From positions 1 to 64,000 of IMG/VR virus record IMGVR_UViG_3300005613_000021: DNA of 64,000 nucleotides; one strand, written 5' to 3'. Below, in pieces: positions 27,127 to 37,300 of this stretch (positions within the stretch are counted from its first letter, which is position 1; every line of letters begins with the position of its first letter). The notes under the pieces were generated by a model that did not search any database, had not been told where the DNA came from, and saw only the letters and a program-made list of their open reading frames with translations. Source of the DNA: a virus. The position numbers and the translations under genes were made by a program.

Positions 27127-27663
27127 ATGTCATGGCAGCTAGAAATTCCTATTATTACTAGGGTTTGGATTAATGACCTTGACCCTAATCCAACATATTC
27201 AGACGCTCGAATTAAACAAGTGGTGGTGGTTGCAGCAATGAATGTTAATAGGGAAGTTTCTTTTACCGAAACATATTCTGTTGATATTGTTAATGAGACC
27301 ATTAGCCCAGACCCTACTGTTGAATCCAGTTTAGATAATGATTTTACGGCCTTGGTAGCTTTGAAGGCTGCTTGTATTTTGGATCAAAGCACATACAGAA
27401 CCAAAGCTATTAACGAGGGAATAAAAACTAGTCTTGCTTCTGCAAGCCTTCATACCGCAGGTAATCTAAAAGGATATAAAGATTTACTAGATGTTGGTCC
27501 ATGTGGAATGTATGAGAAATTAAGACAAGAATTTGAAATAGGTAATCCCAATATGGTGCAAGCTGTGTTGAGTCCTTTTGCTGGTAATAAATTTGATCCC
27601 ACAAGCATGAATATACATTATGGAGATGCTAGATATGGTGGTCCAAATAATTTTTACAGTTAG
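27127..27663 (+). CDS. Head-tail adaptor candidate
   Basis: Helical protein, first gene of the neck block; late motif at 27083. Confidence 0.4.
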   Translation: MSWQLEIPIITRVWINDLDPNPTYSDARIKQVVVVAAMNVNREVSFTETYSVDIVNETISPDPTVESSLDNDFTALVALKAACILDQSTYRTKAINEGIKTSLASASLHTAGNLKGYKDLLDVGPCGMYEKLRQEFEIGNPNMVQAVLSPFAGNKFDPTSMNIHYGDARYGGPNNFYS

Positions 27664-27671
27664 GTGAGAAT

Positions 27672-28109
27672 ATGGCATTTTGTATAGATAACATAAATGT
27701 TATTAGTATTCCAGATAATGATCCTGGCGCTGGATGTCTAGTAGCTACGACCAATAATATCAGTATTACTAGAGGTCAAACGTTTAATATGTTGTTTGAT
27801 TTAGAGTTTCAGACAGTCGCAGAAGACGGAACCGTTTCTTCCTCCCCTGCTGATATAGACGGTTATTCTGTTAATATGTCTATAAAACAATCTTCTACAA
27901 GCACCAGTGGATTATTATTTGCGTCCACACAAAATAGAATGATTGATATAAACTATACCACTGCCAGAGTTTCAGTAAATATTCCTGTCAAACACACCTT
28001 AAGATTACCTTTAGGTAGCCTATATTATTTAATAAGACTTATTGCTTCTGATGGAAATACACAAATAATTATTCAGGGCATAGTAACAGTATCGGATAGT
28101 TCTGCATGA
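27672..28109 (+). CDS. BppU-like Ig-fold virion protein
   Basis: ITRGQTF...DIDGY...IIQGIVTV. Confidence 0.5.
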   Translation: MAFCIDNINVISIPDNDPGAGCLVATTNNISITRGQTFNMLFDLEFQTVAEDGTVSSSPADIDGYSVNMSIKQSSTSTSGLLFASTQNRMIDINYTTARVSVNIPVKHTLRLPLGSLYYLIRLIASDGNTQIIIQGIVTVSDSSA

Positions 28110-28612
28110 TCAACTCTACTTTTAATCAAATTTTTGTAGACCAGATTCACAGAATGTTTGGAGAGAATGGGCTTTCTAGACCTTGTAAGCTTGTATCTAA
28201 AGATAGTAAGAAAACTTTGTGTCCTAATTGTCAGATAGATCCTATTAATGGTAAGTCTAGCGGTAGATACAAACCTGGAGGCCCTGTTAATTTTCCATAC
28301 GGTCAGTTGTGTCCTATCTGTAATGGTGTGGGTTTTGTGTTTGATACTACCGGTAATGAGGTGGTTATTGATCTTCTGGTGATATACGACTATAAGAAGT
28401 TTTTTAGCTTTAATACCAATGTAAACATTCCTGAAGGTACTATACAGATAATTGCTAAGTTCCAAGATCTTAAAAAATTACAAAAAGCTAATACATTGAT
28501 TGTAGATACCGATGGTGGATATATACCCAATAATGAATACGAACCTCTTTCACAACCTCAACCAATAGGTCTTGGAGACAGTGATTTTCTGTTCATGTAC
28601 TGGAGAAACTAA
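28106..28612 (+). CDS. Head closure/neck protein candidate with Zn finger
   Basis: CPNC...CPICNGVG; synteny. Confidence 0.4.
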   Translation: MINSTFNQIFVDQIHRMFGENGLSRPCKLVSKDSKKTLCPNCQIDPINGKSSGRYKPGGPVNFPYGQLCPICNGVGFVFDTTGNEVVIDLLVIYDYKKFFSFNTNVNIPEGTIQIIAKFQDLKKLQKANTLIVDTDGGYIPNNEYEPLSQPQPIGLGDSDFLFMYWRN

Positions 28613-28615
28613 CTA

Positions 28616-29263
28616 ATGAGCGACATTAAAATTTTTGGAAAATTATTAGGCAATATTAATCAGTTCAAAAAGTTTATATTGCAGAGTATGTCTGATAATC
28701 TTAACAAATATTTGTTTACTAAAATAAATTCAGTAGAAAAAAAGATAAGAAATATAGTAATACAGAGTATTAAAAATCAACCAGAATACACTTCTTTAAA
28801 ATCAGGCACTCTTCGTAATCAACTAGGTATACCTAATACTGCTGCTATTGATTCGGTGATTTCAGCGTTAGATGATATACAGGTTAAAATCATTAAACCT
28901 TCGGTAAAAGGGGATGGTGTTGAGGCTAAAATAGTTATTAATATGATAAAAGACAATTATTTAGAAATTTTATCTGATAGCGGAGCTTCTTACATAACAG
29001 AAAAAGGCACACAAATAGAATGGTTGAGATGGCTACTCTTAGAAGGTAATAATAGTGTAATTATAGGGTATAGATATATGCCTATTACTCATCCTAATTC
29101 TAGGACAGGTAAGGGCATTATGACTCAATTTAAATCTGGCATATTCAGAGTCCCTCCAGAATTTGCTGGTACGTTTGGAAACAATTGGATTACTAGAGGA
29201 TTAGACGCCGCATTGCCGCAGGTAGAATCATACTTTAATAATATGGTGAAACAAGCATTATGA
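28616..29263 (+). CDS. Neck/tail completion protein candidate
   Basis: Synteny. Confidence 0.35.
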   Translation: MSDIKIFGKLLGNINQFKKFILQSMSDNLNKYLFTKINSVEKKIRNIVIQSIKNQPEYTSLKSGTLRNQLGIPNTAAIDSVISALDDIQVKIIKPSVKGDGVEAKIVINMIKDNYLEILSDSGASYITEKGTQIEWLRWLLLEGNNSVIIGYRYMPITHPNSRTGKGIMTQFKSGIFRVPPEFAGTFGNNWITRGLDAALPQVESYFNNMVKQAL

Positions 29264-30234
29264 GTTTTATAGGTATAGATAAATACAGTGCGAATAGCAT
29301 GACTGCCCAGTTAGAAAACAATATGGTTTCTTTCTTGGACAATGGTCTGTTAAAAATAGGCGCTTTTGGAAATGTCTCTTCATCTGTTTCCAATATTTAT
29401 GGCTCAGACATGAGCGAATTAAGGCCTGTAGAAAATGCTAGTTATGATAGTTATACTTTATGGCAGTCTCCTAGGAAAAACTGGGTTTATGAAAATATTT
29501 CTGGTGTGGATTATAGTCCCATAGCGGTTAGTGGAATTACAGCAAGCGGAGTCATTGGATCTCCTGTATTCTATCCTGGCCCAACTGGAAATAGCACATT
29601 AGGATATACTATAAATTACGAAGAAGGTTCTGTATTATTTGATAGAGAAGTTAGTCGAGCAGCTAAAGTAAATGTCTCATATAGTTATAAACTCTTTGAT
29701 GTAGAAGTAGCTAGTAAATCTCAATTATGGAAAACTTTACAAGAAAATTCTTTTGATCCTAATAATTTTAGCAGCAGAACTTACTATGCCACCGGAGATT
29801 ACAATATTCCTTCTGAACACCGAACACAATTACCTACTATTGTGGTAGAAACTGTAAATCGCAGCAAAAATGAACCTTGGAGATTAGGAGATTATAGTCT
29901 TGTTTCTGAGCAAAAAATGCTTTTGCATGTAATTGCAGAAAATAAAGCGGATAGAGATAAAATTAATGATATTATGAATAGACAAACTACTAGAACCATT
30001 AAACTCTACGACCTGAATAAACTAGTACAATCTGGCACCTATCCTTTAAATTTTGATGGAAGTGTTAATCCTAGCGGTTTAGAATACGACGAAATTTTAG
30101 ATAATAGTGATTATTTTTGGATGAATTGTAGATTTAAAAACATTACCGTATCTGATATGCAGTTTTATGGTATTGATCTATATGGTTCTACAATAGAAAT
30201 TACAAATGAATTAATTTTATATCAAAATTCATAA
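29260..30234 (+). CDS. Tail terminator-like protein candidate
   Basis: QLPTIVVE...LHVIAE...RDKI.D pattern just before the tube gene. Confidence 0.4.
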   Translation: MSFIGIDKYSANSMTAQLENNMVSFLDNGLLKIGAFGNVSSSVSNIYGSDMSELRPVENASYDSYTLWQSPRKNWVYENISGVDYSPIAVSGITASGVIGSPVFYPGPTGNSTLGYTINYEEGSVLFDREVSRAAKVNVSYSYKLFDVEVASKSQLWKTLQENSFDPNNFSSRTYYATGDYNIPSEHRTQLPTIVVETVNRSKNEPWRLGDYSLVSEQKMLLHVIAENKADRDKINDIMNRQTTRTIKLYDLNKLVQSGTYPLNFDGSVNPSGLEYDEILDNSDYFWMNCRFKNITVSDMQFYGIDLYGSTIEITNELILYQNS

Positions 30235-30284
30235 TTTAGTGTAATATACAATAACGTTCACCCTTTTATAACGGAGAAAATACT

Positions 30285-31166
30285 ATGGCAGCAAATAGAG
30301 TTTATTTCGCTTCTCACGGTTTAGCTATTGACGGATCAACTGTTCAAGGTGCTCAAAGCGTAGGGATTAGCATGACATTTAACACCTTACAGGCTTTCCA
30401 GCTAGGTACTTTAAGTATTTACGACAATATCGTAACAGATGGAGAGGTTACTATTAGTGCTACTAAAAACTTAGATGGTAGTGCTCTTATGTTTGCTGGT
30501 GGTAATGTTGGTGATTATGGTACAACCACCTATGAGATTACAGTTGCCAGTCAAGATGATGAAGAAGGTCTTGATGGTACTGGAGCTACTAGTACTACTA
30601 TTACAGGCGCTTTTCTTTCTAGTCTCGGTTACAACTTTCCACTCGATGGCTGGTGTACCGAAGAAATTAGTTGGATTGCAGACAATAAACAGGTTGGAAC
30701 TAGCGGTATTTCTGCCCCATCCTCCACTACAGGTACTGCTGCTTTCCGACACCATGTAAGTTGGGATGGTGTTCACTCTGGTGATAATGTTACAAATATT
30801 AGCGTAAATACAGATTTTGCTCGTGAAGCACTATTCAAGTTAGGTCAGTTTAATCCTTATTATCGTTTTGCTAATTTTCCAATTGAAATTACTGTAGAAT
30901 TTACAGTTAACAATTACGAAATTGATCAAACATCACTTGATCTAACACAAGAAAGTTGTACTGGTACCAATTTTGGTAAAACAGATATTAGTGTTTATGT
31001 GTGTGATGCTAACGATAGTTCTGCTACTGCTAAGTATACAGTTACTGCTAGTGGTTGCGTATTAAGTTCAGTAAATCAAGAAGGTGGTGGTACTGATGGT
31101 GGTAATGCTACAACCACATACACCTATACTACCTACAACGATTTGTTTGTTACTACAGCTGCTTAA
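30285..31166 (+). CDS. Major tail tube protein (internally duplicated)
   Basis: T/G/S-rich beta protein with its own late motif and RBS; two similar halves. Confidence 0.65.
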   Translation: MAANRVYFASHGLAIDGSTVQGAQSVGISMTFNTLQAFQLGTLSIYDNIVTDGEVTISATKNLDGSALMFAGGNVGDYGTTTYEITVASQDDEEGLDGTGATSTTITGAFLSSLGYNFPLDGWCTEEISWIADNKQVGTSGISAPSSTTGTAAFRHHVSWDGVHSGDNVTNISVNTDFAREALFKLGQFNPYYRFANFPIEITVEFTVNNYEIDQTSLDLTQESCTGTNFGKTDISVYVCDANDSSATAKYTVTASGCVLSSVNQEGGGTDGGNATTTYTYTTYNDLFVTTAA

Positions 31167-31172
31167 TATCAA

Positions 31173-31967
31173 ATGAGCTTTGTCTATCAGTTTGATAATG
31201 TTGGAGTAAAAATTGATGGAGCAGTACAGAAACTAGTTCAAAAGGTGTCGGTGAAAGCCGACACCGGACTAGAATTTGTAACATTACCAGATAGTGGAAC
31301 ACAGGAAGTATATAGTAAAAACAAAAATATTACTATTGATATTGAATATTTACATGACGGCACTTTTATAGATCCTACCATACCTCCTCTTTCTGATAGC
31401 TTAGGTTTTATAAATATTACCAGAAGTAGTATTCAAGATATTAGGTTTTCTGGATGTGTCTTAGTAGGTACAGCTAGTAGAATAGATGCCAATTCTAATT
31501 CTTGGGGAAAAAAAACGTATACATATATGGCTTTGTCTTATGATCATATAGACTCAACATTTAGTAGTACTACACCTATAACAGGAAGCGCAGAAGCAAG
31601 CAGGGCATGTTACACAGATGTTCTTGAAGAACAACAAATATCATTTGAGTCTTCTTGTTCTATAGAAAGAGAACTTGTATATTCTCCAACAAAAAAAAGA
31701 CCTTCTCACATTATTATAAAATATCCTATCGTATCTACTTCTAGTGTTAGTTTTTATGAAACAGGAGTAGACCTAAAATCAACAGGAGCTTTGAATTGTG
31801 ATACAGGAACATTGTCAACAGATGGTGCGGCAGGTATACCTAACGCATATTTGGACAATATAAGTGTAGAAGGAGCAACAGTAGATGGAGACCCTAAAAT
31901 TATCACCTATAGTTACAAATCGACACAAATAACAGGAGAATTAACTAGGATTATCGAAGTAACATAA
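31173..31967 (+). CDS. Tail tube paralog
   Basis: Both ends resemble 30285-31166. Confidence 0.5.
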   Translation: MSFVYQFDNVGVKIDGAVQKLVQKVSVKADTGLEFVTLPDSGTQEVYSKNKNITIDIEYLHDGTFIDPTIPPLSDSLGFINITRSSIQDIRFSGCVLVGTASRIDANSNSWGKKTYTYMALSYDHIDSTFSSTTPITGSAEASRACYTDVLEEQQISFESSCSIERELVYSPTKKRPSHIIIKYPIVSTSSVSFYETGVDLKSTGALNCDTGTLSTDGAAGIPNAYLDNISVEGATVDGDPKIITYSYKSTQITGELTRIIEVT

Positions 31968-31978
31968 AGGAATCAGTA

Positions 31979-33028
31979 GTGGAAAATTTCTTATACGATC
32001 TTAAATTTTATCGTATTATTAATGGATATTTTGAAATACAGATTAAAGATCAAAAATATAAAATAGTATATCCAGATAATAATAAAAAATACGAAGCAGA
32101 AAAACTATACGTATCTATACTGCAAGACTCTAGATTTGACACAGAATATCTGAATGATGTACAGCTACAAAAAATATTGCAGTACAATAATGTCTGGAAT
32201 TCTGATAAACAGGAAAAGATAAAAGAGATAGAACAAGCTATAGATAAGCTTAAAATTATTTTATATAAGGAATACTCTAAAAAAGATATAAGAGAAAGAA
32301 CCAAGGAAGAATTAGAAATCCTTAGAAAATATCAGAATGACTTATTATTAAAAAAACACAGCTTAGATTATCTAACTTTAAAATTTTTTGCCAATAATAT
32401 TAAAAATCAATATTTAATTTCTCAATGTGTTTTAACTCTTGATGATCAACCGGTTTTTGGTAATGATTATCAGAATATGGATCTTTCATTATTGAGACCC
32501 ATAGTGTCGGAAGTAGAAAAAAATCAAATTACAGCTTCTGATTTAAGGGCTATATGCACAGGAGACTTATGGAGAAGATATTTGTGTAGTAAAGATATTT
32601 TTGGTCCATCTATACATCTTAACGATGACCAAATAAACCTACTATCTCTGCAAAAAATGTATGATAATGTTAGAGGTCATCCAGACTGTCCAGAAGAAGA
32701 TGTCATTATGGATTCTGATGCTTTAGACGGATGGTTTTTAAATCAAAAAGATAAAGTTAAAGAAAGAAAGAAAAAAAACGAAGCTTTAAGCAAGGTTCGG
32801 GGTAAAGTAGGTAGTCATGATTTTATATACATTATGACTAATGGAGATAAGGAACAGATACAGGCTGTGGAAAGTATGAATGATTTGAGAGGAAAATCTC
32901 TTGTTAAATCAGTAAAAGAAACTGCTAAATCGGATAAAAAAACCAATTGGCGAGATGTTCCATACATTAAGCAAGAATTAAAATCTCAAGCATTCAAGAA
33001 TCAAAAACAAGGAGTACCTAACCAATGA
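31979..33028 (+). CDS. Hypothetical protein in the tail chaperone region
   Basis: GTG start; HPDCPEEDVI.D.DALDGW motif. Confidence 0.6.
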   Translation: MENFLYDLKFYRIINGYFEIQIKDQKYKIVYPDNNKKYEAEKLYVSILQDSRFDTEYLNDVQLQKILQYNNVWNSDKQEKIKEIEQAIDKLKIILYKEYSKKDIRERTKEELEILRKYQNDLLLKKHSLDYLTLKFFANNIKNQYLISQCVLTLDDQPVFGNDYQNMDLSLLRPIVSEVEKNQITASDLRAICTGDLWRRYLCSKDIFGPSIHLNDDQINLLSLQKMYDNVRGHPDCPEEDVIMDSDALDGWFLNQKDKVKERKKKNEALSKVRGKVGSHDFIYIMTNGDKEQIQAVESMNDLRGKSLVKSVKETAKSDKKTNWRDVPYIKQELKSQAFKNQKQGVPNQ

Positions 33029-33348
33029 AACAGGAAAGAGTTGTAGAATTAATAAAAGCTATAGAAAAAAGATTTCAAACAACAATGATAGGTTCTTTAG
33101 CCAGGATAGAAGATCATTTCGGTTTTATTTGGGGACATGATAAAGAAATGATATCTATAGAACAATCAGACAATAGAAATGTATGGCAAGATTTAAGAGA
33201 AGATATTTTAGATCACTGTAACTATCAAATGCGATCAACATTGACAGATTTAAGAAAATTTCTACAAGAAGAAAATAAAGATCAAGTTAAACTGACCAAA
33301 TCTTGTAAAATTGACACACAGTTAAGCAATAGTAACCAAGGAGAATAA
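33025..33348 (+). CDS. Hypothetical protein
   Basis: AGGAG RBS, ATGA overlap. Confidence 0.7.
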   Translation: MKQERVVELIKAIEKRFQTTMIGSLARIEDHFGFIWGHDKEMISIEQSDNRNVWQDLREDILDHCNYQMRSTLTDLRKFLQEENKDQVKLTKSCKIDTQLSNSNQGE

Positions 33349-33350
33349 TA

Positions 33351-34214
33351 ATGAGTGAAGATTCTTTTGTAATGGAAATTAATGACAAGAAGGTTGAATT
33401 TTTAGTAAAGTCACCATCTTTTAAAGACCAAAGAGAGGCACAGAAAGTTTATAATCAAGCATTCTCAGACGCCGTAAAATCTGGATGTATTGTTCGAGGA
33501 AGACTTGAAGATCTCTTAAAAGAGCAAGGTTTGTGGGACGATAAGAAGGAAATGAGACTTAATACTATTCAGCATGAATTATTAGGCCATGAACAAACTT
33601 TGTCTAAAGGCGGTATCAGCTTACAAAGAGCAAGAGGAATTGCTCTAGAAATGAGAAAATTACGAGATGATTTAAGAGAGCTAATTAGTTCTAGAACTAA
33701 TTTAGATAATAATACTGCAGAAGGACAAGCTGATAATGCTAGATTTAATTACTTAGTATCTGTGTGTTTGGTGTATTCAGAGAATAAGAAACCTTATTTT
33801 GTTAGTTATGAAGAATACTTAAATAAATCAGCAGATCCTGTTGCTATTAAAGCAGCACAAATTTTGGCATCTAGATTATATGGACTAGATGATAGTTATG
33901 AGAAAAATTTACCAGAAAATAAATTTCTTACAGAATATAAATTTGTTGATGAAAATTTAAGATTTATTAATAAGCAGGGTAGACTAACAGATTCGGAAGG
34001 TAGGCTTGTTGATGAAAATGGTAGATATATCAACGAAGATGGTGAATTTGTTGATAAAGACGGCAAAAGGGTAGATAGGTCTGGAGAATATGTCGTTGAA
34101 TTTAAACCATTCTTGGATGAGGATGGAAAACCTGTAAAGCTGGAAACAAAGAAAGTTGAAAATGAACAATCTGAAAAACCTAAAAAACAGGAGATACAAG
34201 ATACAGCAGAATAG
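33351..34214 (+). CDS. Tail assembly chaperone candidate with C-terminal (D/N)xxG repeats
   Basis: Immediately upstream of the TMP. Confidence 0.45.
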   Translation: MSEDSFVMEINDKKVEFLVKSPSFKDQREAQKVYNQAFSDAVKSGCIVRGRLEDLLKEQGLWDDKKEMRLNTIQHELLGHEQTLSKGGISLQRARGIALEMRKLRDDLRELISSRTNLDNNTAEGQADNARFNYLVSVCLVYSENKKPYFVSYEEYLNKSADPVAIKAAQILASRLYGLDDSYEKNLPENKFLTEYKFVDENLRFINKQGRLTDSEGRLVDENGRYINEDGEFVDKDGKRVDRSGEYVVEFKPFLDEDGKPVKLETKKVENEQSEKPKKQEIQDTAE

Positions 34215-34242
34215 TATTGGTTTTGGAACCATGGTATTTTCG

Positions 34243-34285
34243 AAAAGAGACACTATATTCTTTACAGGGTATAGTGTCTTTTCTT
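34243..34285 (+). terminator. Terminator/attenuator-like hairpin before the TMP
   Basis: AGACACTATA/TATAGTGTCT stem followed by TTTCTT. Confidence 0.65.
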
Positions 34286-34303
34286 ATTAGGAGATAAAAC
34301 AAT

Positions 34304-37300
34304 ATGGCACAAGGCTATAATCTAACAGTACAATTGAATATTCAAGGTCCTAAAAACCTAAATAGCGTTGTTAATAACATTAACCAGAAACTACAAAATA
34401 TACAAGCTACTGTTAATGTTAAAACTTCCCCTCAAACAACGCAAGCCTTGAAAAACATAGCCAATGCTTCTAAAGGAGTTAAAAATAATGCCGATGATGC
34501 TGCTAATAGTATGGAAAAATTTGGCAAATCTGCTGGCCTCGCGATTAGGCGTTTTGGTGCCTTTACTGCTGCTACCGCTGGCTTCTATGCGGTTACTAGG
34601 GCTACGACACAATCGCTAGAAAAATTTATTGAGTATGATAGACAACTTACTAGAATTGCTCAGGTGACTGGAACAGCTAAAGAAAGCTTAGGCAATCTCT
34701 CTAATACTATTACTCAGCTTTCTACTAGTTTAGGTGCTAGTAGTTCTGAATTGGCTAGGGTTTCGGTAATTCTTTCACAAGCTGGACTTTCAGCTGAACA
34801 AACAAGACAGGCTTTGGAGGCGTTAGCTTTAACTACTTTGGCCCCAACTTTTAGCGATATTAATCAAACTGTCGAAGGTAGTATCGCTTTGATGAAACAG
34901 TTTGATATTAGCACCAAACAATTAGAAGCTTCTTTAGGCAGTATCAATGCTGTCGCTGGTCAGTTTGCTGTAGAAGCTGGTGATATTATTACAGCTATTC
35001 AGAGAACTGGTGGTGTATTTGCTGCTGCTAGTAATGGTGTGAGTCAGGGAGTAGATGCTCTTAACGAGTTTATTGCTGTTTTTACTAGCGTCAGAGCTAC
35101 TACTCGTGAAAGTGCTGAAACAATTGCTACTGGCTTAAGAACTATTTTTACCCGTATTCAAAGAGAAGATACTCTTGATGCTCTTAAGGCTTTTGGAATA
35201 GAACTGACTGATCTAGAAGGAAAATTTGTTGGGCCATTTCAAGCTATACAAAGATTATCAGAAGGGTTAAGAAGTTTAGATCCTAGAGATGTAAAGTTTA
35301 GTGGTCTAGTAGAAGAACTTGGTGGTTTCAGACAAGTTGGCAAAGTCATTCCTCTTATTCAACAATTTACCACAGCTCAACAAGCCCTTAATGCTGCACA
35401 ACAAGGGTCTGGATCTCTGGCTCAAGACGCCGCCATAGGTCAACAGTCTTTAGGTGTTCAAATATCTAAAGTACAACAAGAATTTGATGCTCTTATCAGG
35501 AGTATTGGTCAAACAGCAGAGTTTAGACAATTTATTCAACTTAGTCTTGATCTGGCTAGTGCATTAATACAAATAACAGATGCTGTTAAACCATTAATTC
35601 CAGCTCTTACTGCTTTAGGTGCGGTTGGACTTGCTAGAGGTATTCCTTCTATTGCTAGAGGATTCAAGAAGAGTATTGGAGCTACTGGATATAACAATGG
35701 AGGTGTTGTTACTGGTAGCTCTTTAAATTTTGCTGGTTCCTACAATAGTGGCGGTTTAATTGGAGGAAAGCCAGGAATTGATAAAAATATTATTCGTGCT
35801 TCTAAGGGTGAATACGTTATTCAAAAACCTGCAGTTGATGCTTTAGGAACGTCTTTTCTTGATAATTTACAAAAAAACAAACAAGTACCAGGGTATGTAA
35901 CAGGAGGCTTAGTAGACTATCCCTCATCAAGAAGATTTGTAAGAAGTAGTAACTTTACCTATGAGAAACCTCCAGGAGTTAGCATAACAGAATCCTTGCA
36001 AAACGAAACCCCATTAGCTTTTCAAAGATTTGATGCTGTTGATGTTGATATTAAAAATCAGGGATTTAATGGCAAGGCACTAGCTGAAAAAGTATCTAAC
36101 AAAAATTCTGGTAAAACATATTTGAGAGCATTAGAGAGTGGGGACTATAGAACCAGAGGTATTGCTTTTGAAAATGTATTATACGACACTAAACAAGTTT
36201 CTTATAAGCCAGAAGGACGTAATGCCACCTCAAGAATAGACAATATGAGAGGTTCAAATTTTGTAGAAATTAAAAGCGTACAAGAAAGAGTTCCTAATGA
36301 GGCAATATTAGATAAAACTATTGGTGCTATTTTTGCTTCTAGAGGTGGTATAGATGAAATGGTAATGCAAAGAGCTTCTAGGTCTGCAGTTACTAGTAAG
36401 AAAGATATTTTAGATGTTGGACAGGTTTCTGTGTTCTATGACACAACATCATTAAGAGACATTCAAAAAACAAAAAAAAACAAAGAGTTGACCTCATCTT
36501 TAAAATCTACAGCTGTTTCTAAAATTGGTAATATTAAATCTAGAAAATTGCCAAGAGCGTATACCGGAGGTAACCAAAAAGAAGGAGACATTAGAGTTAC
36601 CAGAGGTGAATATGTAATCAACAAACAGGCTGCAGAACAAATAGGAATAAATAGATTAAACGAACTTAACAACGCTCATAGAAACAATATGGCTGAAGAC
36701 CTACCTAAATTTCATACTGGTGGAGCAATTGGTTCTATTCCTGGATATAATACAGGTACTACAGTTGATAATGTTAGTCGGGATAGAGGTATCGGCAGTA
36801 CTATCGGCCTAGTGTTTGCGTTACAAGGTGCTGCTAGTCTATTCTCCACAAGTATAGAAGAGGCAGCTTCTCAAGGGGCCGCAGAAATGGGGGCTGGTAT
36901 ACAGGGTGCTGTTTCTGGTATTAATCTTGGTATTGTTGGTGGAGAAATTGCAGGCTTTATTCCAGGCTTGTCCAAATTTTCTGGAGGGATAGGATTAGCT
37001 ACCGCTGCTGTTGCTGGAACAGCTTCGGCATTTATACAATCTAAAAATGCTGCTATTGATTTTGCAAATAAATTATCTAAACAGAGAATAGAAGATGCAA
37101 CACAGAAAGTATCTTCTGCTCTTGACAAGCTAAGTAAAGAAGCAAATAATTTTAATGCTTTTAGACAAGCTGTTTCTGGAATAAGACAGTCCACTCAAGA
37201 AATTAGTTCTGTAAGAAGTAGACAAATTGAAAGTAATAGATTGGGTTTTGCTAATATCCCAGAATACTTATTGGGAACTACAGCCACAGGAGAAAGAACT

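Noticed and set aside
33351-34303. Programmed frameshift in the tail chaperone (G/GT type)
   Set aside because: A-runs exist near 34175-34187 but there is no sizeable alternative-frame ORF before the TMP.
29260-34303. Contractile tail sheath
   Set aside because: No ORF of suitable size or motif in the tail block.
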